This document shows, one piece after another, positions 56,796 to 56,824 of a stretch of DNA of 56,824 nt. A model generated the notes under the pieces. That model worked only from the letters and a program-made list of their open reading frames with translations, ran no database searches and was not told the DNA's origin. The stretch is from Paenibacillaceae bacterium (lineage in GTDB: Bacteria > Bacillota > Bacilli > Paenibacillales > UBA4045), in assembly GCA_040904605.1 (NCBI GenBank), contig JBBDTA010000014.1, forward strand, positions 1 through 56,824, given 5' to 3'. How positions within the stretch are numbered: the first letter of the stretch is position 1; the number at the start of each line of letters is the position of its first letter. The position numbers and the translations under genes are program-made.

Positions 56796-56824
56796 CGGGC
56801 TACCGTCCTTTCTTGTCCTCTATG

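Noticed and set aside
1..56824. Prophage, IS element or defence island
   Set aside because: No integrase, transposase, phage structural or defence-like ORFs; gene order is core-genome throughout.

Overview
Conserved core chromosome of an endospore-forming Bacillales bacterium, most likely Paenibacillaceae (inferred from gene order and protein similarity). Genes are mostly on the minus strand. Left to right: (1) the dcw cluster (murA partial, murB, murG, spoVE, murD, mraY, murF, murE, spoVD, pbpB/ftsI, ftsL, rsmH, mraZ); (2) a DUF4349 lipoprotein, ahcY and bshC; (3) an RsfA/GerR-ylaK-ylaJ-typA region with several uncharacterised envelope genes; (4) thiI, iscS, a lytic transglycosylase, an S8 protease and a type-A RNase P RNA; (5) the nif3-trmK-sigA-dnaG-glyQS(T-box)-recO-era-cdd-dgkA-ybeY-pgpH block. 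No transposase, integrase, prophage or CRISPR-Cas locus was seen. The most unusual signal is an intergenic hairpin-repeat family with a constant 31-bp core, AAAACTACWTCGTAAGCATAARCTAAGTTTT. It occurs as a 54-bp tandem array before murE and as a variant before ahcY, in both cases directly abutting the ribosome-binding site. Other points of interest are a non-canonical-clade murG in the dcw slot, a terminator-like hairpin plus uORF in the typA leader, an RBS-sequestering hairpin built into a SigF-like promoter, and an uncharacterised lipoprotein plus PcsB-like coiled-coil gene pair. All family calls come from motif recognition by eye; no searches were run.
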